Positions 1 through 8,351 of a stretch of DNA of 32,000 bases are shown piece after piece. The stretch is taken from positions 10,335 through 42,334 of the forward strand of contig CAZMGY010000035.1 in assembly GCA_964565945.1 (NCBI GenBank), written 5' to 3'. The notes below the pieces were generated by a model. The model did not search any database. It was not told the origin of the DNA and worked only from the letters and a program-made list of their open reading frames with translations. The first letter of the stretch is position 1, and each line of letters begins with the position of its first letter. Source of the DNA: an uncultured bacterium (GTDB taxonomy: Bacteria; GCA-001730085). A program made the position numbers and the translations under genes.

Positions 1-348
1 CGCGTCATGCGAGCCTGTGTGGAAGAACAATTGCAGGCACCCTATGTGTTGGCGTTACGGGCACGAGGGCTTTCGGAAATCCAAATTTTGTTTAAACACG
101 TATTAAGACATGTGCTCAATCCAGTGATAACCTTGGTGGGCTTGCAATTGCCTTCTTTGTTGTCGGGGGCGGCTTTTGTTGAAATTATTTTTGCTTGGCC
201 GGGACTGGGATCTTTGATGCTGAAAGCTGTGATGCACCAAGATTTGTTTGTAGTGATGGCTAACCTTGTGCTAAGTGCGATATTGTTAGTGTTAGGAACC
301 ACTCTGTCGGATTGGGGGCTTAAATGGCTAGATCCTCGTATTCGCTAA
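1..348 (+). CDS. ABC peptide/nickel-type importer permease (OppB/DppB-like), C-terminal part; 5' end outside the window
   Basis: The frame is open from base 1. The translation LRARGLSEIQILFKHVLRHVLNPVITLVGLQLPSLLSGAAFVEIIFAWPGLGSL matches the EAA-loop and last-TM region typical of binding-protein-dependent permeases. A partner permease and ATPase follow. Confidence 0.8.
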   Translation, partial: RVMRACVEEQLQAPYVLALRARGLSEIQILFKHVLRHVLNPVITLVGLQLPSLLSGAAFVEIIFAWPGLGSLMLKAVMHQDLFVVMANLVLSAILLVLGTTLSDWGLKWLDPRIR

Positions 349-1265
349 CATTTAAGTCTGTTGTGTTCGTGTGTCTCGGTCTTTTGTTTGTTATAGGGCT
401 CGTTGGAATTGATTTCTTTTGTCCTTATCGTTTTGACCAACAGTTTGAAGACCTAACCTATCAGGCACCAGTTTTGTGGTCTAAGACTTCCGAATCTTGC
501 CAATGGTTTGTGAGGGGTTATGAGTATAAGGTCTTAGGGATTTCGTGTGATTGGCATTTGTGGGGCAGTTCCTCGGATCAATCGATTTTTCTTTTGGGTT
601 CAGATCAGTTTGGGCGCGATATTTTTTCGCGTTTGGTCTGGGCGTCAAGGATCTCTTTAGGTGTGGCATGTGCTGGAGTTGCTGTTACCTTTGTGTTAGG
701 AATGGGCTTAGGGGGTGTAGCGGGCTATTGGGGTGGTTGCGTGGATCGATTGCTGATGAGAGTCTGTGAATTATTGATGAGTTTTCCTTTTTTCTTTGTG
801 ATGTTGGCTTTGCGTGGGGTATTCCCTAGCTCGATGAGCTCGGTGCAAACCTATGTTTGCATCGTGATTTTAATGAGTCTTGTGGCTTGGCCTGGTTTGG
901 CTCGTGTGATTCGAGGGATGGTTTTGTCGCTCAAGGAGCGTGAGTTTGTGGTGGCAATGCGTTGTGCGGGAATGAAGCAAAGCAGCATTATTCGCAAGTA
1001 TGTGTTGCCGCATACTTATTCGTATGCGATTGTGGCGGCGTTACTCAACATTCCAGTCTATATCTTGGCCGAAGCTGGATTGAGTTTTTTTGGCTTGGGG
1101 ATTCAGGAGCCGTATCCCAGCTGGGGCAATATGTTGCAGGCGGCAATGAATGTAACGGTGCTTCAAATGTACCCTTGGATGTTGTTTCCTGGTGCCGCCT
1201 TGTTCGTTGTCGTTTTTGTTGTGTTAGCTTTGGGTGATTGTAGAGTAACAAAGGAGCAACGATGA
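324..1265 (+). CDS. ABC peptide/nickel-type importer permease (OppC/DppC-like)
   Basis: 313-aa polytopic protein. The motif LGSDQFGRDIFSRLVWASRISL is the typical OppC/DppC periplasmic-loop motif, and an EAA-like loop (MRCAGMKQSSIIRKYVLPH) is present. It overlaps the upstream permease by 25 nt and the downstream ATPase by 4 nt, suggesting an operon. Confidence 0.85.
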   Translation: MARSSYSLTFKSVVFVCLGLLFVIGLVGIDFFCPYRFDQQFEDLTYQAPVLWSKTSESCQWFVRGYEYKVLGISCDWHLWGSSSDQSIFLLGSDQFGRDIFSRLVWASRISLGVACAGVAVTFVLGMGLGGVAGYWGGCVDRLLMRVCELLMSFPFFFVMLALRGVFPSSMSSVQTYVCIVILMSLVAWPGLARVIRGMVLSLKEREFVVAMRCAGMKQSSIIRKYVLPHTYSYAIVAALLNIPVYILAEAGLSFFGLGIQEPYPSWGNMLQAAMNVTVLQMYPWMLFPGAALFVVVFVVLALGDCRVTKEQR

Positions 1266-2554
1266 TCACGGTCAAAAATGTGAGTGTTAAGTATTTATAT
1301 TCGGATATCCAAGCTTTACAGAACCTATCGTTCTCTTTGGAACGTGGTGAGATTTTAGGAGTGATGGGCGATTCTGGTTCGGGCAAAAGCACCTTAGCGA
1401 TGGCTCTAATGGGTTTATTGGACCCAACAAAAGTGGAGCAAACGGGAATTATTGCCAGTGAGGGGGAAGACACTGTAAGGGCCATGGTGTTTCAGGATCC
1501 AGTGTTAACCTTGGATCCATTGATGACAGTTGGTGCTCAGGTGGAGGAGCTCAAAACACTTTATGCCAGCCTTGTGGACCCCACAACCTCATTGTGGGAT
1601 GAGGATCTTTTTACGGCTGTAGGGCTGTCGTATATTGCAATCAAAAACAAATATCCACACCAACTCAGTGGCGGTATGTGTCAGCGGGTGGGTGTTGCGA
1701 TGGCCTTAATGCGCCAGCCGCATCTATTGATTGTCGATGAGCCGACTACTGCCTTAGATCGTGAAACGCGAGAGCAGATTTTGGCTCTTTTGCAAAATGT
1801 GACCCAAAAGTTTAATATGGCGACGGTGTTGATTAGTCATGATCCCGAAGTAATTGAACATGTGGCGAATAAGACTTTGTATTTGCAAGAAGGACGTCAG
1901 TCGGGCTCTTTTAGGGTTGACAAGGATTTATCTCCATTGAGTCGAAGAGGCGAGAGTAGCGCAGCTGTTTTGTTAGACGTGAAGAACCTTAACTGCCAGA
2001 TCAAGGGGCAAACCATTTTAAGCAATGTAACGTTGTCATTGAAGGAGGGGGAAATTGTAGGTTTGTTGGGCCGAAGTGGTTCTGGCAAAACTACTTTATT
2101 GCGCTGTTTACTTAACTTAGTTCCTTTTGAAGGGCAGATTGATTATAAAGGATCTTCGCATGGCCTTCAGCCGATTTTTCAAAATCCACGTGCTTCATTG
2201 AATCCCAAAATGACGGTTCGCTCTCAACTCGAAGATATTCGTAAGCTTGCAGGGCAAGGCTCTTTGGTTGAGGTGATGGAGGATGTCCAACTGGAGCGCT
2301 CTTACCTGGATGCGTATCCCCCGCAGTTGAGTGGTGGTCAATGTCAGCGGGTGGCGATTGCGCGGGCTCTTTTGTTGCAACCCAAAATCCTTTTGGCGGA
2401 TGAGCCCACGGCGTCTTTGGATGCATCTTTGCAGGTCAATGTATTGAATCTTTTGCATTACTTATGTCGCCAGAGGTGTATGAGTATGTTTTTGGTTTCG
2501 CATGACACGAAGGTGCTGAGACATTATGTGGACAATGTTTATGTTTTAGAATAA
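1262..2554 (+). CDS. Fused double nucleotide-binding-domain ABC ATPase (DppD/DppF-like halves in one 430-aa chain)
   Basis: There are two complete motif sets. NBD1 has GDSGSGKST (Walker A), VFQDP (Q-loop), LSGGMCQRV (signature), LLIVDEPTTALD (Walker B) and ISHD. NBD2 has GRSGSGKTT, IFQNP, LSGGQCQRV, ILLADEPTASLD and VSHD. Confidence 0.85.
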   Translation: MITVKNVSVKYLYSDIQALQNLSFSLERGEILGVMGDSGSGKSTLAMALMGLLDPTKVEQTGIIASEGEDTVRAMVFQDPVLTLDPLMTVGAQVEELKTLYASLVDPTTSLWDEDLFTAVGLSYIAIKNKYPHQLSGGMCQRVGVAMALMRQPHLLIVDEPTTALDRETREQILALLQNVTQKFNMATVLISHDPEVIEHVANKTLYLQEGRQSGSFRVDKDLSPLSRRGESSAAVLLDVKNLNCQIKGQTILSNVTLSLKEGEIVGLLGRSGSGKTTLLRCLLNLVPFEGQIDYKGSSHGLQPIFQNPRASLNPKMTVRSQLEDIRKLAGQGSLVEVMEDVQLERSYLDAYPPQLSGGQCQRVAIARALLLQPKILLADEPTASLDASLQVNVLNLLHYLCRQRCMSMFLVSHDTKVLRHYVDNVYVLE

Positions 2555-2560
2555 GTTGAA
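2540..2560. repeat. Left copy of a perfect 21-bp direct repeat (tatgttttagaataagttgaa); covers the last four codons, the stop and 6 nt after the ABC ATPase gene
   Basis: This is an exact 21/21 match to 4175-4195, read directly from the sequence. Confidence 0.9.
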
Positions 2561-2959
2561 TAGTTTTACATCTATATATGTTCTAAAATAACGGTTTTAG
2601 GATCTGAATATTTATCAAGTAACAAGAATATATATGAAGTAATTTCAGAATATTTCACTATTTATGTCAGCAGTAGCTTTTTTGAAATAATCTTCAAGAG
2701 GGTTAGAAGGTTCGACTCCTATCTTATCTCATTCCGCTTGATTGAAAGGCATTTTTTTAACTCCCTTAACGCCATATATGTCAGAATCCTGAGTCCGATT
2801 CCGATATTCGGGGCATCTGAAATACACTCAATTACATACGATAAACGTTTTTTTTGCTTTGTCAATGTTTGTCAACAGCCGAATTATCAGTTGGGCTATA
2901 TCCATCAGTTGCGATAGACTCGTATGAGGGTTTTTGTCTAACGAAGTAAACACGCGAGA

Positions 2960-4052
2960 GCAAGAAGTTTTGCCTACACAGGATTCAATGAGCTTATTCT
3001 ATCCTCAAATTTTTGAATGATCGAAGATAAAGCATATTTTATAAGTAGAGAACGTAATGGGTTGTTTTCTGAAGATAAAGTTGTAATGTTAGCGAGTTTA
3101 TCAAGGAAAGAATTTATTGCAATGTCAGAAGGATTTTCTTTTGGTATAGAGTAAGTAAAATATCTGTCAAAAATACTCCTTAGTGCATAGGCGCAGTTTA
3201 TTGCGCTACTCCATAAAGTTTAGTGACGAAAAGCCTATAGTATATAGTAGCTTTATTTGTGGGAAAAGGTTTTTTAGTAAGTCAATATACTTTGATGATT
3301 GCGTTTCTCCCTTATGTTCCAAAGCAGAATTAATTGTTCCTTTTATTTTTGTGAATAACTTCATAAAATTCAGGATCAAACACCTGTATGCCCACTATTA
3401 GCAGAAGGTCTACAGTATTAATCTCTCTTTTTTGTAGTGGGAGAAAGGATTTTAAACCATTTTTGTAATGGTTAACTTTTCGGAGTGTTGGTATTTCTTT
3501 TTGGAAAGAATGACTAAAAAATTCTTTAAATTCATTCCACTATTTTTCAGGTAAAGGGATTTCAGAAACTTCAAGTACTTCGGCAACAGCTTGTAACCAT
3601 AAGTCTAGTAAATTTTTATTTGATACGGCAGGTAAGTCTAGATAGATTTAGATTATTTTTCTAAAAACTGTTCCCCTAATTTTTCATTAGTACCTGCATA
3701 GCTTTCTGAAAGAGATGAAGTAAGTATCTCTTTATCAAAGGCAAGTAGATATCTAATAGATTCAAAATCGGCTATATGCTTGATCAGTTTGAAAACAGCT
3801 TGTAAACATAAATCTAGTTTTATCAAGACGATCTATATCATCTACTATGACCAAAAATCACTCCGAATTAGCCTTGAGTTTCTCTTTAAATAGAGTTTCG
3901 TTTTTTCAAAACATCAGGATTATACAAGAAAGCCTCTAGAGCACCCCCAAACCCTACATCAGAATCGAAAGCTTTTTCAAGCGTATCAAAAAAATCAAAT
4001 AATAACTTATTAATATTCCCACAAATCCATGAATTAAACAGAATAATCCCTA
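2960..4052 (-). pseudogene. Decayed KAP-family P-loop NTPase gene (N-terminal Walker A part missing, multiple frameshifts and stops)
   Basis: Minus-strand fragments in shifting frames read MNILGIILFNSW..., FLVIVDDIDRLDKT, then KLDLCLQAVFKLIKHIADFESIRYLLAFDKEILTSSLSESYAGTNEKLGEQFLEK, then IYLDLPAVSNKNLLDLWLQAV... and DRYFTYSIPKEN... The xxxIDDLDR ... yllAfD.e.l ... YLEKIIQ.P..LP order is the KAP NTPase core as I remember it. No ORF of 60 aa or more survives on this strand. Confidence 0.55.
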
Positions 4053-4174
4053 GAATGTTCATTGTTATCCAGATGTTTTATGATGACCTCTTAGCCTAAC
4101 TATTTATTGAAGCCATAATTATATACTAATTGTGAAGGAGGTCAAAATGAAAGGAAAAAATAGACGTCAGAGCA

Positions 4175-4195
4175 TATGTTTTAGAATAAGTTGAA
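4175..4195. repeat. Right copy of the perfect 21-bp direct repeat
   Basis: Identical to 2540-2560. The in-frame context upstream (KIDVRAYVLE-stop) also resembles the true ATPase C-terminus (YVDNVYVLE-stop). Confidence 0.9.
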
Positions 4196-4310
4196 GGGTT
4201 TAAAATTTGTTTTGGCCGTTCCTTATTTGGCTACTAAAGTTGTGCTTCAGGTTTTGGCACAGCGAGACGATGTGTAGCAACGAGAAATGTCCTACAAAGG
4301 TGTAGCTACC

Positions 4311-4738
4311 TCATAGGGCTTGGTGATGTCGTCGTACGTGGATGCCAAAAGTACAGTAGTCAAAAGTCTTAAGATGATGAATTTGATTAAAACATCTCAC
4401 CACGATCCTACGCGAATATCGGGCACATTGTTCGTAATAGTTGTGAAGCTTGTGGGCACCGTAAAACCAACCAACACCGATACCCTTGGCTAGCTCGACC
4501 GCGAAAAGCCAATAGATGGTGATGTGATTGATTATATTATATTGAGGTAATAGAGTTAAGTATAGGTGGTGAATACTCTGCCGCCAATAAAGGCGACTAG
4601 ACAAATGTAGAGCATAATAAAGAAAAGCTCCACCAGAGTATTTGCCCACCAAGTAAGAAACACAGCAGACATTGCCTGATCCGATAGCGGATCAGGCAGC
4701 GGCGAAGATAAAGATCCCTCATGAGAACCATTGATCAT
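4311..4738 (-). pseudogene. Possible frameshifted membrane-protein relic (weak fatty-acid-hydroxylase-like His-box pattern)
   Basis: Two overlapping minus-strand ORFs (4556-4738 and 4311-4652) sit in different frames. The first is hydrophobic. The second contains WFYGAHKLHNYY...NQIHHLKTFDYCTFGIHVRRHH, a spacing reminiscent of His boxes. There is no convincing start or RBS. Confidence 0.2.
4674..4697 (-). terminator. Perfect 10-bp stem / 4-nt loop hairpin about 70 nt downstream of the large minus-strand gene; candidate terminator
   Basis: The sequence gcctgatccg-atag-cggatcaggc was read directly. On the minus strand only an interrupted T-rich tract follows (tgtctgctgtgtttctt), so it is not a textbook intrinsic terminator. 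Confidence 0.35.
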
Positions 4739-4766
4739 GTGCTTATGTCATAAATATGAAATACCC

Positions 4767-7700
4767 TTAGCGATATTTTTGTGCACCTATCGTTCCTTGT
4801 AGGTTTTTCAGATAGGTTTTAGTTTTGAGATATTTGAGCTGTTTGGCCACAAAGGCTCTGCGTTCTTTTAAGTTCATCTCGTCCATGTTGTTTTGATTAT
4901 GCTTCTGCTGCATAAACTCATCGATATACTTGAGTTGTTTTTGGAAAAACTTGGTGTCGATCCGTTGTTTTTCCTTAAGTCTTTCTTGGTACCATTTGCT
5001 TGCAAGGACTGAATCGGGGCTGAAGAGTTTACGAATCGCAGGGTTTTGCAGTGTCTTGCCCTTATAGTTTCCCTCGGCCATGATATGAATCAGAGCTTTG
5101 AGTGGTGGGCACAAATCCTGAACGGCTCTATCCTCGAGATATCCTTGAGCAACACGTTGGTGTGTGCTCATAAGATTCTGAATGCCTTCGACAAAAAGCT
5201 TTTGGTTTTGTTTTTCGGGACGAAGCATCTCTTCTGAGAACACAATATTGGGATTGTTGAAAATCCGTCCCATAAACAAGTTCACAAATTTAAGTGTGAT
5301 ACGGTATCCTAAAATCCTTGCTGGGACAACTTTGCCTTCGAATTCAAAGTCATTCACTTTTTCAAGACAGCCCTGATCTATCAGAAATTGGGGGTTTTGT
5401 TCCTCGGGTGTCATGCGAGACCAAATTTCGGGAATGAGGAGGCTAATATCGTGAGCGACTTCCACATTGGGTCCTAGAACACCTGCGGCTGAGCTGAAAC
5501 CACTGTAGCCCGTGACTATATAGGACAAAAAGGCATTATTGAGATCCCCAGCTGCGGTTAAAGCATTGAAAGGGCCCTTTGTGAGGGCCCCTTCCGAGCC
5601 AAACCCAGTGGTTGAGGGAGATTTTCCAGTAACACTGGAAATAAAATCCATGAACAATTCCGGCAGTTCTTGGTAGTGAATCGGATTATAGACGGCCAGT
5701 GCAGGAACATTATGTTTGGGGTCGGGGGCATTGTTGCGACGCCCTGGCAAAACTGCATTTACTGGGTAGATCACGGATTGTTCGATGGGAATTTGGCGAT
5801 GGAGGCGTGTGGCCATCCGTGCGATATATCCTTTGAGGGGATTGACCATGTCGGATCTGTTTTGCAAATAGCGAGGGTTTTTGGTGGGTATTCCATCCAC
5901 GATTCGAGGATGAGACGAAATGGAGTAAAATTCGCTGGGGTTATCGGTCAGTGAATCCTGGATTAATTGTTGCATAGGTTCGGAGTACTTTTCGACTTGC
6001 AACACATTTGTAGCCAGCGCTTGCACTTGTTGTTGACTAAAGGGTTCAAAGTTACACAAAAAGACTCCCCCCTGTTGAGATAAGTCTTGTTCTGTCGTTA
6101 CGTCTTGACCGGGATAAATTGCGTCATCGGGTCGCTGAAACAAACGGTATTCGCAATTTTGAACCAATTTGACGCTTGGATGGGGCCACTGTGGTGATCG
6201 ATAGGGTAATAGATGATGAGGTATCACAATGGAGCAGGTGATGTCGTCTTCGACCTGGAGTTTTTCCGAGATGTAAAAATCATAGCGTGTATTGAAGACG
6301 CGCCACGCTCCGGCGCTGTCAAAACCAACGCGAAAGCAGTAAGAGGTTAAAGGACGGTTACGGTATTTGAGCTCATGCCCTGTGCTACCATTGATGATAT
6401 CGACGCTAAAGTGGGGCTTCCAGTTGCCTTTCCATTCGGGCTTGTACAAACGTTTCACGGCAAAAATAATCGTTTTAATGTGAGGTGGCAAAGAATTGAG
6501 CCATTGGTTATAATCATCTGTGAATTCGGACGAAGGTGTTAAAAGTTTGATTACAGAGCCGAGACTGCGTTCTGGGCTCAAAATCGGACGTGACTTGCGC
6601 GGTTTGCTATGTTGTTTGCAAAAACGTTTCGAAAAATCATAGGCCGTGATTATGTCAATGAGCGCAAAATCTTGTTCGATGTCGTTGACATAGATGGGGC
6701 CGATCAACATGGTGTCGGTGAGAGATTTGGAGATTTCCGACTTGCCTCCTCCAGAAACAGTGCAGGGTTTATGGCATAAGGTCCCTTCGGCTTTCGTTCC
6801 GACCAACTTCCAACGATCTTGATGCCCGTGTTTTTTCATTTGAATGCGAAACCCAGAGGGAAGCATATATGTTTTTTGAGGATCCAAGGGAAGTTGTTGC
6901 TGTGTTTTATCTTTGTTCCAGCTAACAGTTCCTGTCATCAGGCTAAACGAAGAATTTTCAGGAACAAAAACCAGTTCTGGGTGGGTTGTGTCGATGCCGT
7001 AATCTTCGGGTTTAAAGTGAATCTGTTCGGCATAGAGTTTTTTGAGTTGGCTCAATTTGGCTTTTGTTTTCGATTCGCTCCACTTATGTTGAAATTCTTG
7101 ACCTAGATCGAAGTTAGGAAATGCAATGGCTCCTCCAGAATGTTCTTCTTCGACTAATCCAAATAAGTTAGCCGAGTAACTAATTTGAGTTTTGACCTCT
7201 TTTTTGCAATAACCAAAATAGTTATCGGCAATGATGGTTATGATAACACCTTGGGCATCACGACAGGTAATTTTGAAAGCCGATCCTTCGTTGTATTTTT
7301 CGTCGGCTTTGGACCAGCACATGCCATCGCGGTTTTGCCTTGCAGTGGCTTTGCTGACATGAGGCAGGCCGAGTTGTTTTTTGGTTAGGTGGCTGATATG
7401 GGGGGCCAAAATGACACAGCCAGTGTGTCCGGTCCAATGTTCGGGATCCAGTGCCGCATCGTTTTGTGGCATAAAAGGGTCGCCAGCATTGCCAAAAATA
7501 GACTCAACAAAGTCGAGGTTGCTAACGAGACCTCCAGGAGCAAAAAAACGAATTTCCAGGGATTTTGCACTTTGCCAACCAGGAACTTCGGGGCAAACTT
7601 TAGGTCGAAGCAATAAGGATAAAAACAAATCGGCTTGTTCAGCTTGACTGGCCGTGAAAGGAACGCGCATTTCTTCGACGGGAGGATTGAGAGCCGCCTG

Positions 7701-8228
7701 AAGAAGGTGCACAAAGGTAACTTTGGGAACGGCTTTTTTATCGTTAGCAATCGGTAAGCCCCCTTCGACCACATGAAAGCACCCTTTGGTTGTTCGGCGG
7801 TCGTGGCGAGGGTTATGGATTACGCCTTGAGGAACACGGTAAGATTTGACATATTCTGATTCAAAGCGGTTGGCATCAGGCGGTAAAGACATCTGTCGTG
7901 CCACGCCATGGCGAGCCAGTAAAAAAGTGAGAGAAGGCAATTGAGTACCCTTGAATTCAGGAATCTCCTTAAAGTAGTTTTCGAGAAACTGATGGATCCT
8001 ACAATCCGCAGGACAATAGTAATTTGACAAGAGGCGTGTACGTTCTTGGTGGTGGCGCAAGAAAGGTTCGGCCATATCAAAAAACTTATTGTCTAAATTC
8101 TTTTTGAAGGGAGGATATCCTTGTGCTTTCAATTTGATATTAATGTAATGGATTAACTCTTCTTCACTTGGACTAGGTGAAGAAGGATTGGAAAAACCTA
8201 ATCGCTCGTTTAAATCATGCTCGTACAT
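4767..8228 (-). CDS. Large PEPCK-fold protein, probable PPi-dependent phosphoenolpyruvate carboxykinase (EC 4.1.1.38 type)
   Basis: Uninterrupted 1153-aa ORF with AAGGAG 6 nt upstream of the ATG. IIADNYFGYCKKEVKTQISYSAN resembles the PEPCK GGTxYxGExKK motif. CTVSGGGKSEISKS resembles the PEPCK P-loop (GLSGTGKTT in the ATP type). The roughly 130-kDa size fits the PPi-type enzymes known from Entamoeba and Propionibacterium. Confidence 0.6.
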   Translation of the reverse strand: MYEHDLNERLGFSNPSSPSPSEEELIHYINIKLKAQGYPPFKKNLDNKFFDMAEPFLRHHQERTRLLSNYYCPADCRIHQFLENYFKEIPEFKGTQLPSLTFLLARHGVARQMSLPPDANRFESEYVKSYRVPQGVIHNPRHDRRTTKGCFHVVEGGLPIANDKKAVPKVTFVHLLQAALNPPVEEMRVPFTASQAEQADLFLSLLLRPKVCPEVPGWQSAKSLEIRFFAPGGLVSNLDFVESIFGNAGDPFMPQNDAALDPEHWTGHTGCVILAPHISHLTKKQLGLPHVSKATARQNRDGMCWSKADEKYNEGSAFKITCRDAQGVIITIIADNYFGYCKKEVKTQISYSANLFGLVEEEHSGGAIAFPNFDLGQEFQHKWSESKTKAKLSQLKKLYAEQIHFKPEDYGIDTTHPELVFVPENSSFSLMTGTVSWNKDKTQQQLPLDPQKTYMLPSGFRIQMKKHGHQDRWKLVGTKAEGTLCHKPCTVSGGGKSEISKSLTDTMLIGPIYVNDIEQDFALIDIITAYDFSKRFCKQHSKPRKSRPILSPERSLGSVIKLLTPSSEFTDDYNQWLNSLPPHIKTIIFAVKRLYKPEWKGNWKPHFSVDIINGSTGHELKYRNRPLTSYCFRVGFDSAGAWRVFNTRYDFYISEKLQVEDDITCSIVIPHHLLPYRSPQWPHPSVKLVQNCEYRLFQRPDDAIYPGQDVTTEQDLSQQGGVFLCNFEPFSQQQVQALATNVLQVEKYSEPMQQLIQDSLTDNPSEFYSISSHPRIVDGIPTKNPRYLQNRSDMVNPLKGYIARMATRLHRQIPIEQSVIYPVNAVLPGRRNNAPDPKHNVPALAVYNPIHYQELPELFMDFISSVTGKSPSTTGFGSEGALTKGPFNALTAAGDLNNAFLSYIVTGYSGFSSAAGVLGPNVEVAHDISLLIPEIWSRMTPEEQNPQFLIDQGCLEKVNDFEFEGKVVPARILGYRITLKFVNLFMGRIFNNPNIVFSEEMLRPEKQNQKLFVEGIQNLMSTHQRVAQGYLEDRAVQDLCPPLKALIHIMAEGNYKGKTLQNPAIRKLFSPDSVLASKWYQERLKEKQRIDTKFFQKQLKYIDEFMQQKHNQNNMDEMNLKERRAFVAKQLKYLKTKTYLKNLQGTIGAQKYR

Positions 8229-8277
8229 AATAAACTCCTTTGAATGTAAGTTAAGTTATTTTTGTATTATAGTCTAT

Positions 8278-8306
8278 TTGACACCGTTCTTTAAAGTCCT
8301 TAGAAT
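8278..8306 (+). promoter_or_regulatory. Near-consensus sigma70-type promoter for the 8352 operon
   Basis: TTGACA (8278-8283), a 17-nt spacer, then TAGAAT (8301-8306), about 45 nt upstream of the first ATG. Confidence 0.5.
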
Positions 8307-8351
8307 GTACCCAGTTGTTAAAGGCTATTTATAAGAGGTGCTTGAGGGGTA

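Noticed and set aside
2697-2740. tRNA-like T-arm motif ggttcgactcc inside the AT-rich insert, possibly a tRNA or a tRNA-derived att site
   Set aside because: The flanking bases do not form a proper T stem (gaagg versus cctat). There is no complementary acceptor 5' strand and no D arm or anticodon arm upstream. The motif alone is too short to mean anything.
3183-3401. 72-aa plus-strand ORF inside the AT-rich insert
   Set aside because: It lies antisense to the much better supported KAP NTPase relic. Its composition is typical of an AT-rich shadow frame, with no RBS.
5046-7774. Numerous 60-130-aa ORFs on both strands within the PEPCK-like gene (similar ones occur inside valS, cimA, lysC, the helicase and the PARG-like gene)
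   Set aside because: They are all nested in or antisense to long ORFs with strong family motifs. They are interpreted as shadow ORFs.
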